From Candidatus Electronema halotolerans (GTDB lineage Bacteria > Desulfobacterota > Desulfobulbia > Desulfobulbales > Desulfobulbaceae): 32,000 nt of DNA. The number at the start of each line of letters is the position of its first letter. Within the stretch, counting starts at the first letter, position 1. Position numbers and translations under genes: made by a program. The stretch covers positions 990,001 to 1,022,000 of the forward strand of contig OW818675.1 of NCBI GenBank assembly GCA_942493095.1, written 5' to 3'. Shown here in pieces: positions 7,621 to 18,333 of this stretch. Under the pieces are notes generated by a model. That model did not search any database. It saw nothing but the letters and a program-made list of their open reading frames with translations, and had not been told where the DNA came from.

Positions 7621-9932
7621 CAGTCCCCGGAGTCGGCGGCAGAATTGCCGAGCATGTCCTGCACCCGGATTTCCCGCAGCGTCACTTTTCCGGCCACGCC
7701 GGGGAGGATGAAAATGCTGCCGACAAAAGTATCAGGCGTTTCGCCCGTGTGTTTGAGCAGGCCCTTGAAGGGCTGGCCATTGACCTCGGCGACAAAAGAG
7801 CCGCTCTTGGCCGCGCCAACGCCGGCATCCTTAATCCGGGCGGCCAGCCGCACCATTTCGCCGCCTTTGGTTTCCGGCGGCGAGAATTTTGCACTGAGGA
7901 TTTCGGGCGGCTGTGAGTCGCGCAGGATGCTGGTTTTCCAGAAGCCCCGGTTGCCTGCCCGGTCTTCAGCTATCAGCATCAGCTTGTTGTCGCCTTCTGC
8001 CAAGGCAACAGCTTCCTTGAAGCTCTTGCCGGTCAGCTTGACCGCCTTGCCATTCAGGGTCAGCAAGGCCTGTTCAGAAACCGTGCCGCTCAGGGTGATC
8101 TGTCCGGCTGAGGTCACGCGCTCAAGCTCATTGACCTGAATTTTCGGTGGCTGCGGGTCAACAAGCACGTGCAGACGCAGGGTTTCCTGCGCTCCATTCG
8201 GCCCGGCAGCCTCCAGCTCCACCGCATGTTCTCCTTCGTTGAGATGGAGCAGATGCGTGAACCTGCCTGCGGCCTGCACTGCTGTTTTGTTGATTTGCAG
8301 GCGCACACCGGGCAGGAGCTGGCCGGAAATTGTCACCTCTTCCGTCCTGCTGATAATTCGCTCAGGATTGTCAAGCCAGATGAGCTGCTTGTCCTGCCGC
8401 AGGGTCACGGTGCGCTCAACTGTGCTGGTGTTGCCTGCCGCATCCGCAGCTTCGGCCTTGATCACCGTGCTTGTGCCGCTGAGAGCAATGACATGCCGGA
8501 ACTGCCCGTCCGCATCTGGCTTGACTTCCTGCCCGTTAATCCGCAGCCGGGCGGTTTTTTCCACCTCGCCGCGCACTTCGATTTCCTTGTCCGCAGTCAG
8601 TATATCTTTTTCTGGCTGATGCAGCACGAGAAAAGGCGGACGGCTGTCCAGATCAACAAAGAAATTGACAGGTTCCGAACAGGGGCCGGGACAGCCTTCC
8701 TGATCAATGGTTTTGATCTTGAAAAAATAGGCACCGCTGGCCGGGACCTGCCATTGCCAGCTCTGGCCGCTGACCCTGTCAGACGAGAGCAATGCAAGGA
8801 AGTCCGAGCTGCGGCTGATTTCAAGCTGATACTGACTGGCTCTGGCAACTGGTTCCCATTTGAACAGCAGCTGCGCCTCATGCAGCTTCTGCTCCGACTG
8901 CGGACTGATGATCTTCGGCGGAGGCAGGAGTTCGTGCGGCGTGTCAGGTTGCTGACCAGGTTTGACCTTGGTGGCCTGATTCTTTTTCACCGTCACCTGC
9001 GCCCCAGCGGCTTTGATGTCGATTTCGCCGTCATAGTTGGCAATCCGGGTGACGTTTTTCTTGTCGCGGGAGGTGAGAAAACTTCGTGAGCGGACATTCG
9101 TGGTGATGTCAGGCAGATTCACTTTGAACTGCTTCTGCTGATTCAGCGAGGCCAGATGGACAAGAACATCGCCCTTAAACATGGAAACGCTGTTGCTGTA
9201 GGAACTGCGGAGCACATTTTTTTCCATGCTGCCGATCACCACCAGCGCATGTTCATCTAAAGAAAGCTGGCTCTGGTCGCTGAATTTGATCGTGCAGCGG
9301 GATGCAGCCAAGGTGCGGACCCGCTCCAGTTCTTTCAGCTTCTGCTCCATCTCCGTGTCCAGCCAGCGGGAAGCATCTGGCGGTCGGTTCTGCACTGTGC
9401 CGGATTTGGCAGCCAGCCAGGCCTCAGCAGACTGAGTCTGGCTCTGTTTCGCTTTTTCAAAAGCTGCCTGCGCCGCTGTCTCGGCCAAGGCAGCCTGTTT
9501 CACGGCTTCTTTCAGACGAGCTTCTTGCTTGAGGCGCAGGGCCTGATCGCGCAGGCGGACTGCCGCAGCGATTTCCTGCTCTGCCAGCAAGGCTGCGCCT
9601 TCCCGGTTGGCTTCACTGATCAGGAAGGCGGAATGTTCAAGATGCTGGCGCAGCTTGCTGTGCAGAGCCACAGGAAATCGCAGCACCGTGCCTGCGCCAA
9701 CTGCATCAGGATTTTTCAGTCGGTTATAGCGCAGGACAAGCTGCCACGCATCGCCGTCGCCGAGTTGCTGCTCGCTGACCTGCCGCAGGGACTCCCCGGC
9801 CTTGAGTGTAATCTGCACATCGCCATCAGCAGAGGATGCAGCTCCGTTTGGTCGAGAGATGCAGCAACTCAGCAAGATAACCAGAAATATGCTTATGTTT
9901 TTCCCTGACATAGATTTGTTTTTCTCCAGCAC
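7620..9932 (-). CDS. FecR-domain protein with LysM-like N-terminal domain and repeated bacterial Ig-like domains, exported, 770 aa
   Basis: Signal peptide; LysM-like [45 protein letters not shown]; FecR-like core ([31 protein letters not shown]...[25 protein letters not shown]); C-terminal Ig-like units. Confidence 0.8.
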   Translation of the reverse strand: MLEKNKSMSGKNISIFLVILLSCCISRPNGAASSADGDVQITLKAGESLRQVSEQQLGDGDAWQLVLRYNRLKNPDAVGAGTVLRFPVALHSKLRQHLEHSAFLISEANREGAALLAEQEIAAAVRLRDQALRLKQEARLKEAVKQAALAETAAQAAFEKAKQSQTQSAEAWLAAKSGTVQNRPPDASRWLDTEMEQKLKELERVRTLAASRCTIKFSDQSQLSLDEHALVVIGSMEKNVLRSSYSNSVSMFKGDVLVHLASLNQQKQFKVNLPDITTNVRSRSFLTSRDKKNVTRIANYDGEIDIKAAGAQVTVKKNQATKVKPGQQPDTPHELLPPPKIISPQSEQKLHEAQLLFKWEPVARASQYQLEISRSSDFLALLSSDRVSGQSWQWQVPASGAYFFKIKTIDQEGCPGPCSEPVNFFVDLDSRPPFLVLHQPEKDILTADKEIEVRGEVEKTARLRINGQEVKPDADGQFRHVIALSGTSTVIKAEAADAAGNTSTVERTVTLRQDKQLIWLDNPERIISRTEEVTISGQLLPGVRLQINKTAVQAAGRFTHLLHLNEGEHAVELEAAGPNGAQETLRLHVLVDPQPPKIQVNELERVTSAGQITLSGTVSEQALLTLNGKAVKLTGKSFKEAVALAEGDNKLMLIAEDRAGNRGFWKTSILRDSQPPEILSAKFSPPETKGGEMVRLAARIKDAGVGAAKSGSFVAEVNGQPFKGLLKHTGETPDTFVGSIFILPGVAGKVTLREIRVQDMLGNSAADSGD

Positions 9933-10057
9933 TGCGCAGACAAGAAAAAGTCAAAGCCAGCCTGAAAAGCTGACCTTGCCCGGCTTGTGCTGCTCATAAA
10001 ACTGTATGTGGCAGGGTGCAGGAATGCAATGATTTTTTTGGCCGGGCAGGAGAAAAC

Positions 10058-10795
10058 TCAGGCCAAACTGTTGCGAATGGCGGCGCAGTCGTTGCGGACC
10101 GCAGCCATCAGGCCGTTGTCGGCAAAGCTGAAGACAGTCTCGCCCGCGCCGATGATCAGGTGGTCAAGCAAGTTGATGTTCATGAAGGAACAGAGCAGGA
10201 ACAAGGTGCGGGTGAGCTGCTCGTCCTGCGCTGATGGTTCGCGGCTGCCGGACGGGTGGTTGTGGGCAATGACTAAGGCCGCAGCATTGCGGGCCAAGGC
10301 CGCCTTGAGCAGCTCGCGGGGATAGACCGTGTTGACGTTGACCGTGCCTTCAGAAAGGATTTCGCAGTCAATCACCGCATGGCTGGCATCGAGATAGACA
10401 GCCATGAAAACCTCGCGCCGCAGACCGCGCAGGGCGTGGATGAGATAGTCGGCCACCTCCTTGGACGAGGTGATGTAGCTTTTTTTCTGAATCCGCTGGC
10501 GCAGATAGCGGCGGGCCACGCCTTGGACAAACTGGAGGGCGAAAATGTTTTTCGGCCCCAAACCCCTGATTTTTGCAAGGGCTGCCGGGGGCGCGTCCAG
10601 CACTTCGGGCAGGCTCTTGAACCGCTCCAGTGCCTCTGCCGCTGCCGGGCGGCAGTCTGAGCGCGGGGTGCCAAAGGTCAGGAGCAGCTCAATGACCTCA
10701 GTGTCAGTCAGGGCCTCAATGCCCTTGTCCTGAAAGCGGTCCCGGAGCCGCTGGCGGTGGCCTTCGCCGGGTTTGAGAGAGGATTTGTCGCTCAT
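10058..10795 (-). CDS. radC: DNA repair protein RadC (JAB/MPN domain)
   Basis: Helix-hairpin-helix region then SEGTVNVNTVYPRELLKAALARNAAALVIAHNHPSGSREPSAQD (JAMM motif) and LLDHLIIGAG; ORF extends to 10858 but MSDKSS at 10795 is the more plausible start. Confidence 0.93.
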   Translation of the reverse strand: MSDKSSLKPGEGHRQRLRDRFQDKGIEALTDTEVIELLLTFGTPRSDCRPAAAEALERFKSLPEVLDAPPAALAKIRGLGPKNIFALQFVQGVARRYLRQRIQKKSYITSSKEVADYLIHALRGLRREVFMAVYLDASHAVIDCEILSEGTVNVNTVYPRELLKAALARNAAALVIAHNHPSGSREPSAQDEQLTRTLFLLCSFMNINLLDHLIIGAGETVFSFADNGLMAAVRNDCAAIRNSLA

Positions 10796-11094
10796 GAAAC
10801 GAAACGGCATCTGTTGCAGGGCAAGCTGAACACTTTCTTGTCCTTGCCAACAGAACACAGGAAAAGAAACTCGTCAAGGGAAAGCAGCACTGCCATGCTG
10901 TTGTGGGCAGCAGAATCTACAGAAAAATTTCTTTCGCCCGGCTTTGCCCAGAAAAATGAGTCGTTCGCCCTATTGTTCGGGCGGGAAAAATATGGTTTCC
11001 TGTAAGCGTAAGCAGAAAAAAAAGTTTGTCGTAAAAATCAGGACAGGTTCGTTTTCCTCCCTTCGAGTCAGCTCCGAAGCAGAAAGAACTCAAA

Positions 11095-11115
11095 TCCGGG
11101 GCCAGTGGCCCCGGA
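11095..11115. other. Near-perfect palindrome TCCGGGGCCA-G-TGGCCCCGGA
   Basis: 10-bp arms, 1-nt centre, in the intergenic region upstream of radC and the 11182 ORF. Confidence 0.6.
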
Positions 11116-11181
11116 CAGTCCGTAAGCAAAGACAGTACATCAAGTCAGGCAAAAAATCAGCAACCCCAAGCAGAGTGAGCC

Positions 11182-11424
11182 ATGAATATGCAAACCCAGC
11201 CTATGATCCGCAGAACCTACAACTGTCCGGCAGCCAACAAGCGTGTGCAGGTGCAAATCAAACAGGATGCCCAGAGCCGGAACGACTGTCCTGTCTGCCG
11301 CCAGCCGCAGTCCTGCTCCAGCGTCGGCGAATGCAGCTGCGGAGTGGTGCAGATTCTCTTTGGCATGACATACTCAGTTGACTGGAAAAAATGCCAGCTC
11401 TACTCACAGATAACCGAGCAATGA
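11182..11424 (+). CDS. Small cysteine-rich hypothetical protein, 80 aa
   Basis: CxxC-type pairs (CPVCRQPQSC...CSC) suggestive of a metal-binding module. Confidence 0.5.
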   Translation: MNMQTQPMIRRTYNCPAANKRVQVQIKQDAQSRNDCPVCRQPQSCSSVGECSCGVVQILFGMTYSVDWKKCQLYSQITEQ

Positions 11425-11561
11425 GCCAGTCGGCTGTCAAGCCGCTCTGACTGAAAACCAGATTCCATAAGCCTCCTCTCCGGCTGCCGCAGTCACACCT
11501 CTCCTCTTCCTGCGGCAGCCGTTTTTTTATTTCCCCGCACCCTTGGGCCTTGCTCAGGGAT

Positions 11562-11831
11562 TCAAGCCGCTGCTGAGGAATCAGCCGGGCGGCCCTCGCA
11601 GAGAAACAGCTCGTGATACTCCTCCTCCTCCAGATGTTTACGGAGAATGCCTGTCACTGTATCGACAAGCTGCATGATATCCTCGTCAGCAAGCCGGGGA
11701 ATCAAGGTGCGCAGCAGCTCATCCCGGCTGAACTGGCGGAGGAATGCCGCCAGCGACCGCTCATCTGTGTCCCGGTCCAAGCCAAAGCAGATCCGGGCAA
11801 ACTCAATTTCCGCCACTTCTTCATTCATCAT
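11562..11831 (-). CDS. Hypothetical protein, 89 aa
   Basis: ORF overlapping by 4 nt (ATGA-type) with the upstream yjbQ-like gene; plausible operon partner. Confidence 0.55.
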   Translation of the reverse strand: MMNEEVAEIEFARICFGLDRDTDERSLAAFLRQFSRDELLRTLIPRLADEDIMQLVDTVTGILRKHLEEEEYHELFLCEGRPADSSAAA

Positions 11832-12229
11832 CCTGTCACCACCTGCCAGAAGACCTTGCGGCTTCGCGGCCCGTCGTATTCACAAAAAAAGATGCGCTGC
11901 CACGTGCCCAGCCGGATTTCGCCTTTGGCAATGAGCACGGTGACAGAGCTGCCGGTAAGCGTTGCCAGCGCATGGGCAGGCGAGTTGCCTTCCGCATGGC
12001 GGCAGGGATAGGACTGCGGCGCCAGCTGCCGGAACAGGCCGAGCAGGTCGTGCCGCACTGCCGGGTCGCAGCCCTCGTTAATGGTCAGCCCGGCAGTGGT
12101 GTGCGGATTGAAGAGACAGAGCAGCCCTTCCGCCGCGCCTGCCTCCTTGACCGCCTGCCGAGCCTGCTCTGTGATATCCACAAACTCCGCTGCGGAGCTT
12201 GTGGACAGGGTGAAGGTTCCTGACCGCAT
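11828..12229 (-). CDS. yjbQ: YjbQ/UPF0047 family protein
   Basis: CLFNPHTTAGLTINEGCDPAVRHDL, YPCRHAEGNSPAHALATLTGSSVTVLIAKGEIRLGTWQRIFFCEYDGPRSRKV: highly characteristic of the family. Confidence 0.95.
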   Translation of the reverse strand: MRSGTFTLSTSSAAEFVDITEQARQAVKEAGAAEGLLCLFNPHTTAGLTINEGCDPAVRHDLLGLFRQLAPQSYPCRHAEGNSPAHALATLTGSSVTVLIAKGEIRLGTWQRIFFCEYDGPRSRKVFWQVVTG

Positions 12230-12238
12230 CAGCCAGTC

Positions 12239-12679
12239 TTATTGGAGCTGCCAGTTGCCGTAGTTGTCACGGCAGGCGGTGCTGTAGGTTCTTTCAGTTT
12301 TACCGTCAATGATCGCAACAATCTCCGCTCTGCGGCAGGGCTGATCGTTCGGGCCGTTGTAGGAAGCCTGCGGAGTTACAGTATATTGATTGTGGCTGTC
12401 CGGGTTGCTCCACGCCACAGGCTGTCCTGACTGGCCGGTTTCATAGGCCATGTTGAGCTGCTGCTGGTCGAACTTGTCCATTTCATTGCCGACAATATAG
12501 CCGAGCATGCCGCCCACTGCCGCGCCGATCAAGGTGGCACCGGTGTTCTTGCCAATGGCCTGACCGGCAATGGCACCTGCTGCCGCGCCTCCCACGCCGC
12601 CCATCTGGGCTTTGTTGGCCATGCAGGATGAGAGCAGAAGAAGAGAGAGAGCGGCGGCCATGCAATGTGCTTTTTTCAT
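12239..12679 (-). CDS. Glycine-zipper lipoprotein (SlyB/YMGG-like)
   Basis: Lipobox LLLLSSC; GGVGGAAAGAIAGQAIGKNTGATLIGAAVGGMLGYIVGNEMD; start at MKKAHC with an upstream RBS. Confidence 0.85.
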   Translation of the reverse strand: MKKAHCMAAALSLLLLSSCMANKAQMGGVGGAAAGAIAGQAIGKNTGATLIGAAVGGMLGYIVGNEMDKFDQQQLNMAYETGQSGQPVAWSNPDSHNQYTVTPQASYNGPNDQPCRRAEIVAIIDGKTERTYSTACRDNYGNWQLQ

Positions 12680-12964
12680 GAAATTCTCCAGATTAGTGGA
12701 TGTTGGGCAGGACGGCGGGCTGCTTGCGCAGGCGCCGTCATCTGCGGAGAATGCTGCTTGGAAAATATTTACAGGCAATTATACCACAGGCAGGCTGATC
12801 TTTTCAATCTCAATGCGTTGTTCCCTCTGCCGGAAGATCGGCCGGACACGGAACGAGAAAATTCTTTGCTGAAAAGATGTTTTGCGCTAATCTGTCCTGC
12901 TGGCGGAGAGCAGCGGCAGCACTGCCGCACGTCTTGGTGAACAGGTGATTCCAAGGAGACCGCA

Positions 12965-15037
12965 GTGAAAGCAGGGGTGGAGCCGTCATCCTTTGTCAGC
13001 ACCGTCCAGACCGCCCAGCTACTCAAACAGCTGCGCAGCCTTGCTGGCGATCAGGCGCAGGAGCTGACCCTGCTGCGGGATGACTTTGCCGATCCAGAGG
13101 AGCTGGCCCGGCTCTATGTTGAGCCGCATCTCCAAGAGCGCAGTCCGGGCGGACAGGAAGGCGTGCCGCCGCCCGTGCCGCGTCAGCCTGCTTTTGCCCT
13201 GCTTAATCAATTTCTTGGCAGCGGCCCGCTTCAGACCGAAGACAGCAGTCATCAGCTTTTTCTTCTCGGCGAAGCAGGCTGTGGCAAGACATCCCTGCTC
13301 CTGCTGCTCAAGCTGCTTTTTCTGAGCGGCTCATGGCCGCAGAACTGCCGCTGCGAGCTGTTCCGAATTGGCCCGGAGACTCTTGCCCAGCTGGCGGCAG
13401 TGGCAAGAAAAAGCGAGACCATCCTGCTGCTTGACGGGCTGAATCATGACCGGGCTGCCAGCAGACGCTTGCGGGAGCGGCTGCTGGAGCTGCTGGAGGC
13501 AGGCGCGGAATTCCGCCGGGTGATCGTGACCTGCCGCACTCATTTTTTTCCGGGCATCAAAATTGACCGGGCAGGCCGTCAGGTTATTCAGGGACTGGAG
13601 GGCTATAACTGTCCCGTGCTCCATCTCTCGCCCTTTGACAGCCAGCAGATGCAGGAGTTGCTCCGCAGGCAGCTTGTCGCCCGCAGCGGCTATCTGGGCC
13701 TGCAAGGTTTTGGCGCAGGCCGCCAGCGGCTGCGAGACGCATTCGAGTTTGCCGGACAGAGTCCTCTGCTCCGGCAGAGTCCGCTGTTTCTCCGCCATGT
13801 CGGGATGCTCTTGGCTGCGGATGCAGGCCCGGCGCAAGATATCCGCAGCCTCTGCCACGCGCTCTTTCAGCAATGGCTGCAGCATCTGCAAAAGGTGCTG
13901 CCAGACAATCCGCAGCTGCCAGACTGTGCGGCAATGCGCAGGACCTGCATCAAGCTCGCCTGCTGGCTGGAGAAGCTGAACAGGAACGTCATCACCGCGC
14001 CGGAGCTGCAAAAACTGTTTTGCCGGAACAGGCCCCATTGCTGGCTGGAGCTGATACCGCCGGATCAGGATGCGCTGCTGGAAAAAAAATCCAATGGCAG
14101 CATCCGCTTCCGGCACCCAATCTTTCGCGAGTTTCTCCTGGCCTGCGCCCTGAAAGAGGAGCCGCCGCCCTTTCCAGTGCGGGCCACAGATATGCTGGTT
14201 CATTTTCTGGAGCTGGCCGGAGGCATCTCTCAGCACCTGAACGGATTGGATTTTGCCAATTTTCATCCGCACCGGTATGTGGAGCGGCATGGTGCGCGCT
14301 TGGTCTGGCAGGAGCAGTTCAGCAGCAAAAGGGGCAGGGCGCAGCGCGGGCCGGAGCTGATCATGCTGCCTGGAGGCCGTTTTCTGATGGGCGACCAGTC
14401 AGGCCAAGGTCAGGACAATGCCCGGCCTGTTCATGCAGTGGAATTGGACAGCTTCGGCTTATGCCGCTTTCCAGTCACTTTTGCGGAATATGATGAGTTC
14501 TGCTTGGCAACAGGCCGGGCCAGGCCGCCTGATAACGGCTGGGGCCGCGCCCAAAGACCGGTGATCAATGTCAGCTGGCAGGATGCGGTTGACTACTGCG
14601 CCTGGCTGATCCGGCAGACTGGCAGGCATTACCGCCTGCCCACTGAGGCGGAGTGGGAATACGCCTGCCGGGCTGGCAGCAGGACTGACTACTGCTTTGG
14701 CGATGATTCTGAACAGCTCGAAGGCTATGCCTGGCATGTCCGCAATTCGGAGCGGCAGACGCAGCCAGTGGGCGGCAGAAAGGCCAATGCCTGGGGCCTG
14801 CATGACATGCACGGCAATGTCTGGGAGTGGTGCGCGGACTGGTATGCCAAAGACTGTTACATCCATGAGCCGATGCGGAATCCGTTTGGAGCTGGTGCGG
14901 AACATGGGGCAGGCCGGGTCCTGCGCGGCGGCTCTTGGGACAGCAGTGCCAAGTTTGTCGCCTCGCATTTTCGCTTCTGCCTCTCGCCGGGCCTGAGCAT
15001 AGTCCGGGCTGGCTTCCGCGTCGCCTTGGGAGCCTGA
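12965..15037 (+). CDS. STAND/NACHT-like NTPase fused to C-terminal formylglycine-generating-enzyme/SUMF1-type (C-type-lectin-fold) domain, 690 aa
   Basis: GTG start with AAGGAGA RBS; Walker A LLGEAGCGKTSLLLLL, Walker B ETILLLDGLNHD, sensor VIVTCRTHFFPG; FGE motifs MLPGGRFLMGDQ, RLPTEAEWEYACRAG, WGLHDMHGNVWEWCADWY, RVLRGGSW...RAGFRVA. Confidence 0.88.
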   Translation: MKAGVEPSSFVSTVQTAQLLKQLRSLAGDQAQELTLLRDDFADPEELARLYVEPHLQERSPGGQEGVPPPVPRQPAFALLNQFLGSGPLQTEDSSHQLFLLGEAGCGKTSLLLLLKLLFLSGSWPQNCRCELFRIGPETLAQLAAVARKSETILLLDGLNHDRAASRRLRERLLELLEAGAEFRRVIVTCRTHFFPGIKIDRAGRQVIQGLEGYNCPVLHLSPFDSQQMQELLRRQLVARSGYLGLQGFGAGRQRLRDAFEFAGQSPLLRQSPLFLRHVGMLLAADAGPAQDIRSLCHALFQQWLQHLQKVLPDNPQLPDCAAMRRTCIKLACWLEKLNRNVITAPELQKLFCRNRPHCWLELIPPDQDALLEKKSNGSIRFRHPIFREFLLACALKEEPPPFPVRATDMLVHFLELAGGISQHLNGLDFANFHPHRYVERHGARLVWQEQFSSKRGRAQRGPELIMLPGGRFLMGDQSGQGQDNARPVHAVELDSFGLCRFPVTFAEYDEFCLATGRARPPDNGWGRAQRPVINVSWQDAVDYCAWLIRQTGRHYRLPTEAEWEYACRAGSRTDYCFGDDSEQLEGYAWHVRNSERQTQPVGGRKANAWGLHDMHGNVWEWCADWYAKDCYIHEPMRNPFGAGAEHGAGRVLRGGSWDSSAKFVASHFRFCLSPGLSIVRAGFRVALGA

Positions 15038-15046
15038 TGCAGTGCG

Positions 15047-16066
15047 CTACAGCGTAGCCGCCAGCGCGTTGATATGGCTGCCCTGACCAAGCACGATCAG
15101 GATGTCGCCTGCCATGACCTTGGTGTCTGAGCCGGGATTGAAGATCATTGGCGAGGCTGCCCGCTTGATGGCCACGACAATGATGCCGTACTGCTGCCTC
15201 AAGCCGGTTTCAATCAGGGTTTTGCCGACGCAGGCCGCCTGGCCGCTGACCACCAGCTCCTCCATGCGCAGGCCGAGATCACCGACCTGCATGGCCAGAT
15301 CGAGAAAATCAACCACCGTAGGCCGGACAATGAGCTGGGCCATGCGCCGGGCGCCAATGGAATAGGGCGAAATCACCCGGGTGGCTCCGGCCCGCTTCAG
15401 TTTTTTGTCTGCCCCGGAAATGCCGCTGGACCGGGCCAGAATAAAGAGCTTCTGGTTCAGCTCCCGCGCAGTCAGGGTGATATAGACATTCTTCTCATCC
15501 GAGGACACGGCAGTCACCAGACCACGGGACTCCAGTATTCCGGCAGCAAGGAGAATCTCGTCATCTGCCGCGTCCCCTTTGAGAAAGGGATAGCCAAGGC
15601 GGCTGATCGCCTCAATGACATTGTCCTCATGTTCAATGACGACAAAGGCGCGGCAGTTTTCCTGAAGGATGGAGCAGATTTCCTGACCAATGCGGCCAAA
15701 GCCGCAGATGATGTAATGGTGACGCATCTGGGTGATTGTTTTGTCCATCTTCCGTCGTTCGGCAAAATGCTGCAAGCCGCCCTCAACCATAGCCTCCGTG
15801 ATCTGGCTGAAAATGTACATCACATAGCCTGCCCCGGAAAAGACCAGGAGCACGGTGAAGACCCGTCCGCCTGTGGTCGCCGGAGCAATGTCGCCGTAAC
15901 CGACCGTGGTGATGGTGATCACAGTCAGATACAGGCCGCTGAGGAAGCTGGTCCCTTCAAAAAGCATGTAGCCGGAAGGGCCGATGGTGAGCAGAAGCAG
16001 CAGGGGCAGGGAAAGCAGCAGATAACGGCACCGCTCCGGTGTCTTTTCCAGCCAGCGTCGCACCAT
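15047..16066 (-). CDS. Potassium channel protein with RCK/TrkA-N and TrkA-C domains
   Basis: Selectivity filter TVITITTVGYGDIAPAT; Rossmann HYIICGFGRIGQEI...VVIEHE; C-terminal TrkA-C-like segment. Confidence 0.93.
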   Translation of the reverse strand: MVRRWLEKTPERCRYLLLSLPLLLLLTIGPSGYMLFEGTSFLSGLYLTVITITTVGYGDIAPATTGGRVFTVLLVFSGAGYVMYIFSQITEAMVEGGLQHFAERRKMDKTITQMRHHYIICGFGRIGQEICSILQENCRAFVVIEHEDNVIEAISRLGYPFLKGDAADDEILLAAGILESRGLVTAVSSDEKNVYITLTARELNQKLFILARSSGISGADKKLKRAGATRVISPYSIGARRMAQLIVRPTVVDFLDLAMQVGDLGLRMEELVVSGQAACVGKTLIETGLRQQYGIIVVAIKRAASPMIFNPGSDTKVMAGDILIVLGQGSHINALAATL

Positions 16067-16069
16067 TGT

Positions 16070-18094
16070 TCACCATTCAACCCGCAGGATGTTTTCCAGC
16101 GCGTCCGCCTTGGCGATCCGCACTCTGATGCCGTCGCCCGGCTCGGCCCGCAGAGATGGATTGACCGGCAGATCAACATCAAAGAGGCAGTCCAAGAGCA
16201 ATGCGCTGACCCGCTGCGCTCCGCTGCTGACCACCAAGGCGGGCAATGCTCTGCCGACCTGCTCCTCCAGCCAGCGCAAAATCCAGTAGCGGTGCCGCTG
16301 CTGGCGGACCTTGTTGGCCCGCATGAGTTTTTCTTGGATGATGCCGACGAATTTCCGGCATTCATCGGCAGAGAAGAGCGCGCCCTTGCCGCTGATCAGG
16401 CTGGTGATCTGCATCTGCACAGCCGTGTCCAATATCCGGCGGATCGGCGACGTGACGGTGGTGTAGCAGTTGAGGCCAAGGCCGGAATGCGGCTTGGGAT
16501 TGATGGTCAGCTCGCCTCTGGACAGGAAGCGCCGCTGGCAGGCAATGTCAGCCAGACTGTTCTGCACCCCGGAGATCAGCCGCTTCTTGGGCGGCGGCTG
16601 CGAGCGGAACAGGGCCGGGGCTTCCTGGGCGGCGAGAAAGTCAGCGGCAAGGCCATTGGCAAGAATCATGCACTCCGCGACAATGCTGCGGCCCGGCGTG
16701 TCTGACGGGCTGAGGGAGACCGAGACCCTGCCGCTGTCAATAGTGACCGTGACATCAGGCAGGTTGAGCAGGAGCGCGCCCTGGTCGGCCCGCTTTTGGC
16801 GGAGCTGCAGCTGGAGCTGGTTGAGCAGGCGCAGGCCGTGATCCTCCGCAATCATCTGGTCAGCTTCGCTGTAGGAGAGCTGCCGTTTGACCTGAATGAC
16901 GCTGAGAACAATTCTGCTGCTCAGAATGTCTCCGGCAGGAGAGAAATTGACCAAACAGCTCACCGCAGGCCGGACCCGGTCTTTAATCAGGCTGAACAAG
17001 CCTTGCGACAGCTCACGCGGCATCATCGGCACCTGCTCTTCCGGGAAGTAGAGCGAGGTGGCCCGCTCCAGACTTTCCTCAAAAAGCGGATCCTTGGGAC
17101 TGAGAAAATAGCTGACATCCGAGACATGAATGCCGACTTGGAGGCTGCCGTCCTCCTGCGGTGCAACATGGAGCGCGTCGTCGTAGTCACGGGTCGAGCT
17201 GCCGTCAATGGTGAAGGTGTCCAAGTGCCGGAAGTCCTTGCGCTTGGGATCAGCCAGTAGCTCCTCGGCTGTGGGTTCACGGAAGGCGGCGGCATGGGCG
17301 ATCAGCTCTGGGCTGAACTCGACCGGCTGCTCGGCTTGGAGCAGGGCGATGTTTTCATCCGGCTGCCAGACTCCGGCCTGCACCAGCAGCCGGTACGGGT
17401 CGCTGGGCCGAGTCAGGCCGGCGTTTTTCAGGAGCAGGCGCACCAGCTCCTGATCGCAGGCCGCCGCTTCGCTGCCAAACAGGGCAAAGTCGGCAATCCA
17501 AGCAAAAATTCGATCGCGCTCCGGCCATTCCTCCGCAGAAACCGGCTGCCCCTGCATGATTGCCTGCAGATTGGCCGCGCCGGTCTTGAGCAGCTCCTCC
17601 CGCTCCTGCTCCTTCTGCCGCTGGAGGCGGAGCTGTTCGACCTGCTCCGGGCTGTGGACGCTGACCATCTCGTTTTTGTATTTGAAAAAAAGCCGGTCTT
17701 CAAACACGGCCCGGAGAAAGGCGGCAGAATGATCATCGCTCAGGCTGCCGCCAAAGGACAGCTCGGCAAGAAAATCCGCTGGAAAAGCAGGCTGCTTCTC
17801 AGCGCTGGCCAGCTCCCAGATTTCCTCCAGCGGAATGCTGTCGGTCAGGGCCGCCCGCCGGTCAGCCGCTTCTCTGAGCAGGGCCATCCGGTCTTCGCGG
17901 CTGCCGTCGGTCAGATGCCTCTGCTTGGAGACGGTCAGAACACGGGAGGCGGGCAGGAGCATCTCCCGACCGTTTTGATTGAAGAGACGCAGGCGGTTGC
18001 CGCTGTTCTGCAGGACCAGACCGCAGACAAAACGTCCGCCGTCAATATATTCAATAATGCTTCCAGGAGCAGTCATGGCTGTTTGTGTGGGCAA
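16070..18094 (-). CDS. RNB-domain (RNase II/R family) exoribonuclease
   Basis: [74 protein letters not shown] typical of RNB proteins. Confidence 0.93.
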   Translation of the reverse strand: MPTQTAMTAPGSIIEYIDGGRFVCGLVLQNSGNRLRLFNQNGREMLLPASRVLTVSKQRHLTDGSREDRMALLREAADRRAALTDSIPLEEIWELASAEKQPAFPADFLAELSFGGSLSDDHSAAFLRAVFEDRLFFKYKNEMVSVHSPEQVEQLRLQRQKEQEREELLKTGAANLQAIMQGQPVSAEEWPERDRIFAWIADFALFGSEAAACDQELVRLLLKNAGLTRPSDPYRLLVQAGVWQPDENIALLQAEQPVEFSPELIAHAAAFREPTAEELLADPKRKDFRHLDTFTIDGSSTRDYDDALHVAPQEDGSLQVGIHVSDVSYFLSPKDPLFEESLERATSLYFPEEQVPMMPRELSQGLFSLIKDRVRPAVSCLVNFSPAGDILSSRIVLSVIQVKRQLSYSEADQMIAEDHGLRLLNQLQLQLRQKRADQGALLLNLPDVTVTIDSGRVSVSLSPSDTPGRSIVAECMILANGLAADFLAAQEAPALFRSQPPPKKRLISGVQNSLADIACQRRFLSRGELTINPKPHSGLGLNCYTTVTSPIRRILDTAVQMQITSLISGKGALFSADECRKFVGIIQEKLMRANKVRQQRHRYWILRWLEEQVGRALPALVVSSGAQRVSALLLDCLFDVDLPVNPSLRAEPGDGIRVRIAKADALENILRVEW

Positions 18095-18333
18095 AAGTTA
18101 GAGAGCAGGCTGCCTCTGCTGAAGAGGACGGAAAAGAAATATAACTCGGCCCGGCAAAAAAACAAAGAATTTCTCCGGCAGGCACGGCATGGCAGGTCCA
18201 GGCGGCGGCTGCGGAGCAGGTTGGTCAGCCGGGAAACAATCTCGGCCCGCGCATCTTTTTCTTGACTTGCCGTGCATCTGCTCTATGGTGTAGCTTGATG
18301 TGGTTCAGCTGAACAGACCGGGCGCGGTCGGAT

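Noticed and set aside
13331-14290. 319-aa minus-strand ORF
   Set aside because: Antisense to the NACHT-FGE gene; low-complexity Gln/Leu/Ala translation without family motifs
12965-15037. Diversity-generating retroelement
   Set aside because: The FGE-type C-terminus resembles known variable proteins, but no reverse transcriptase, template repeat or accessory gene is present in the window
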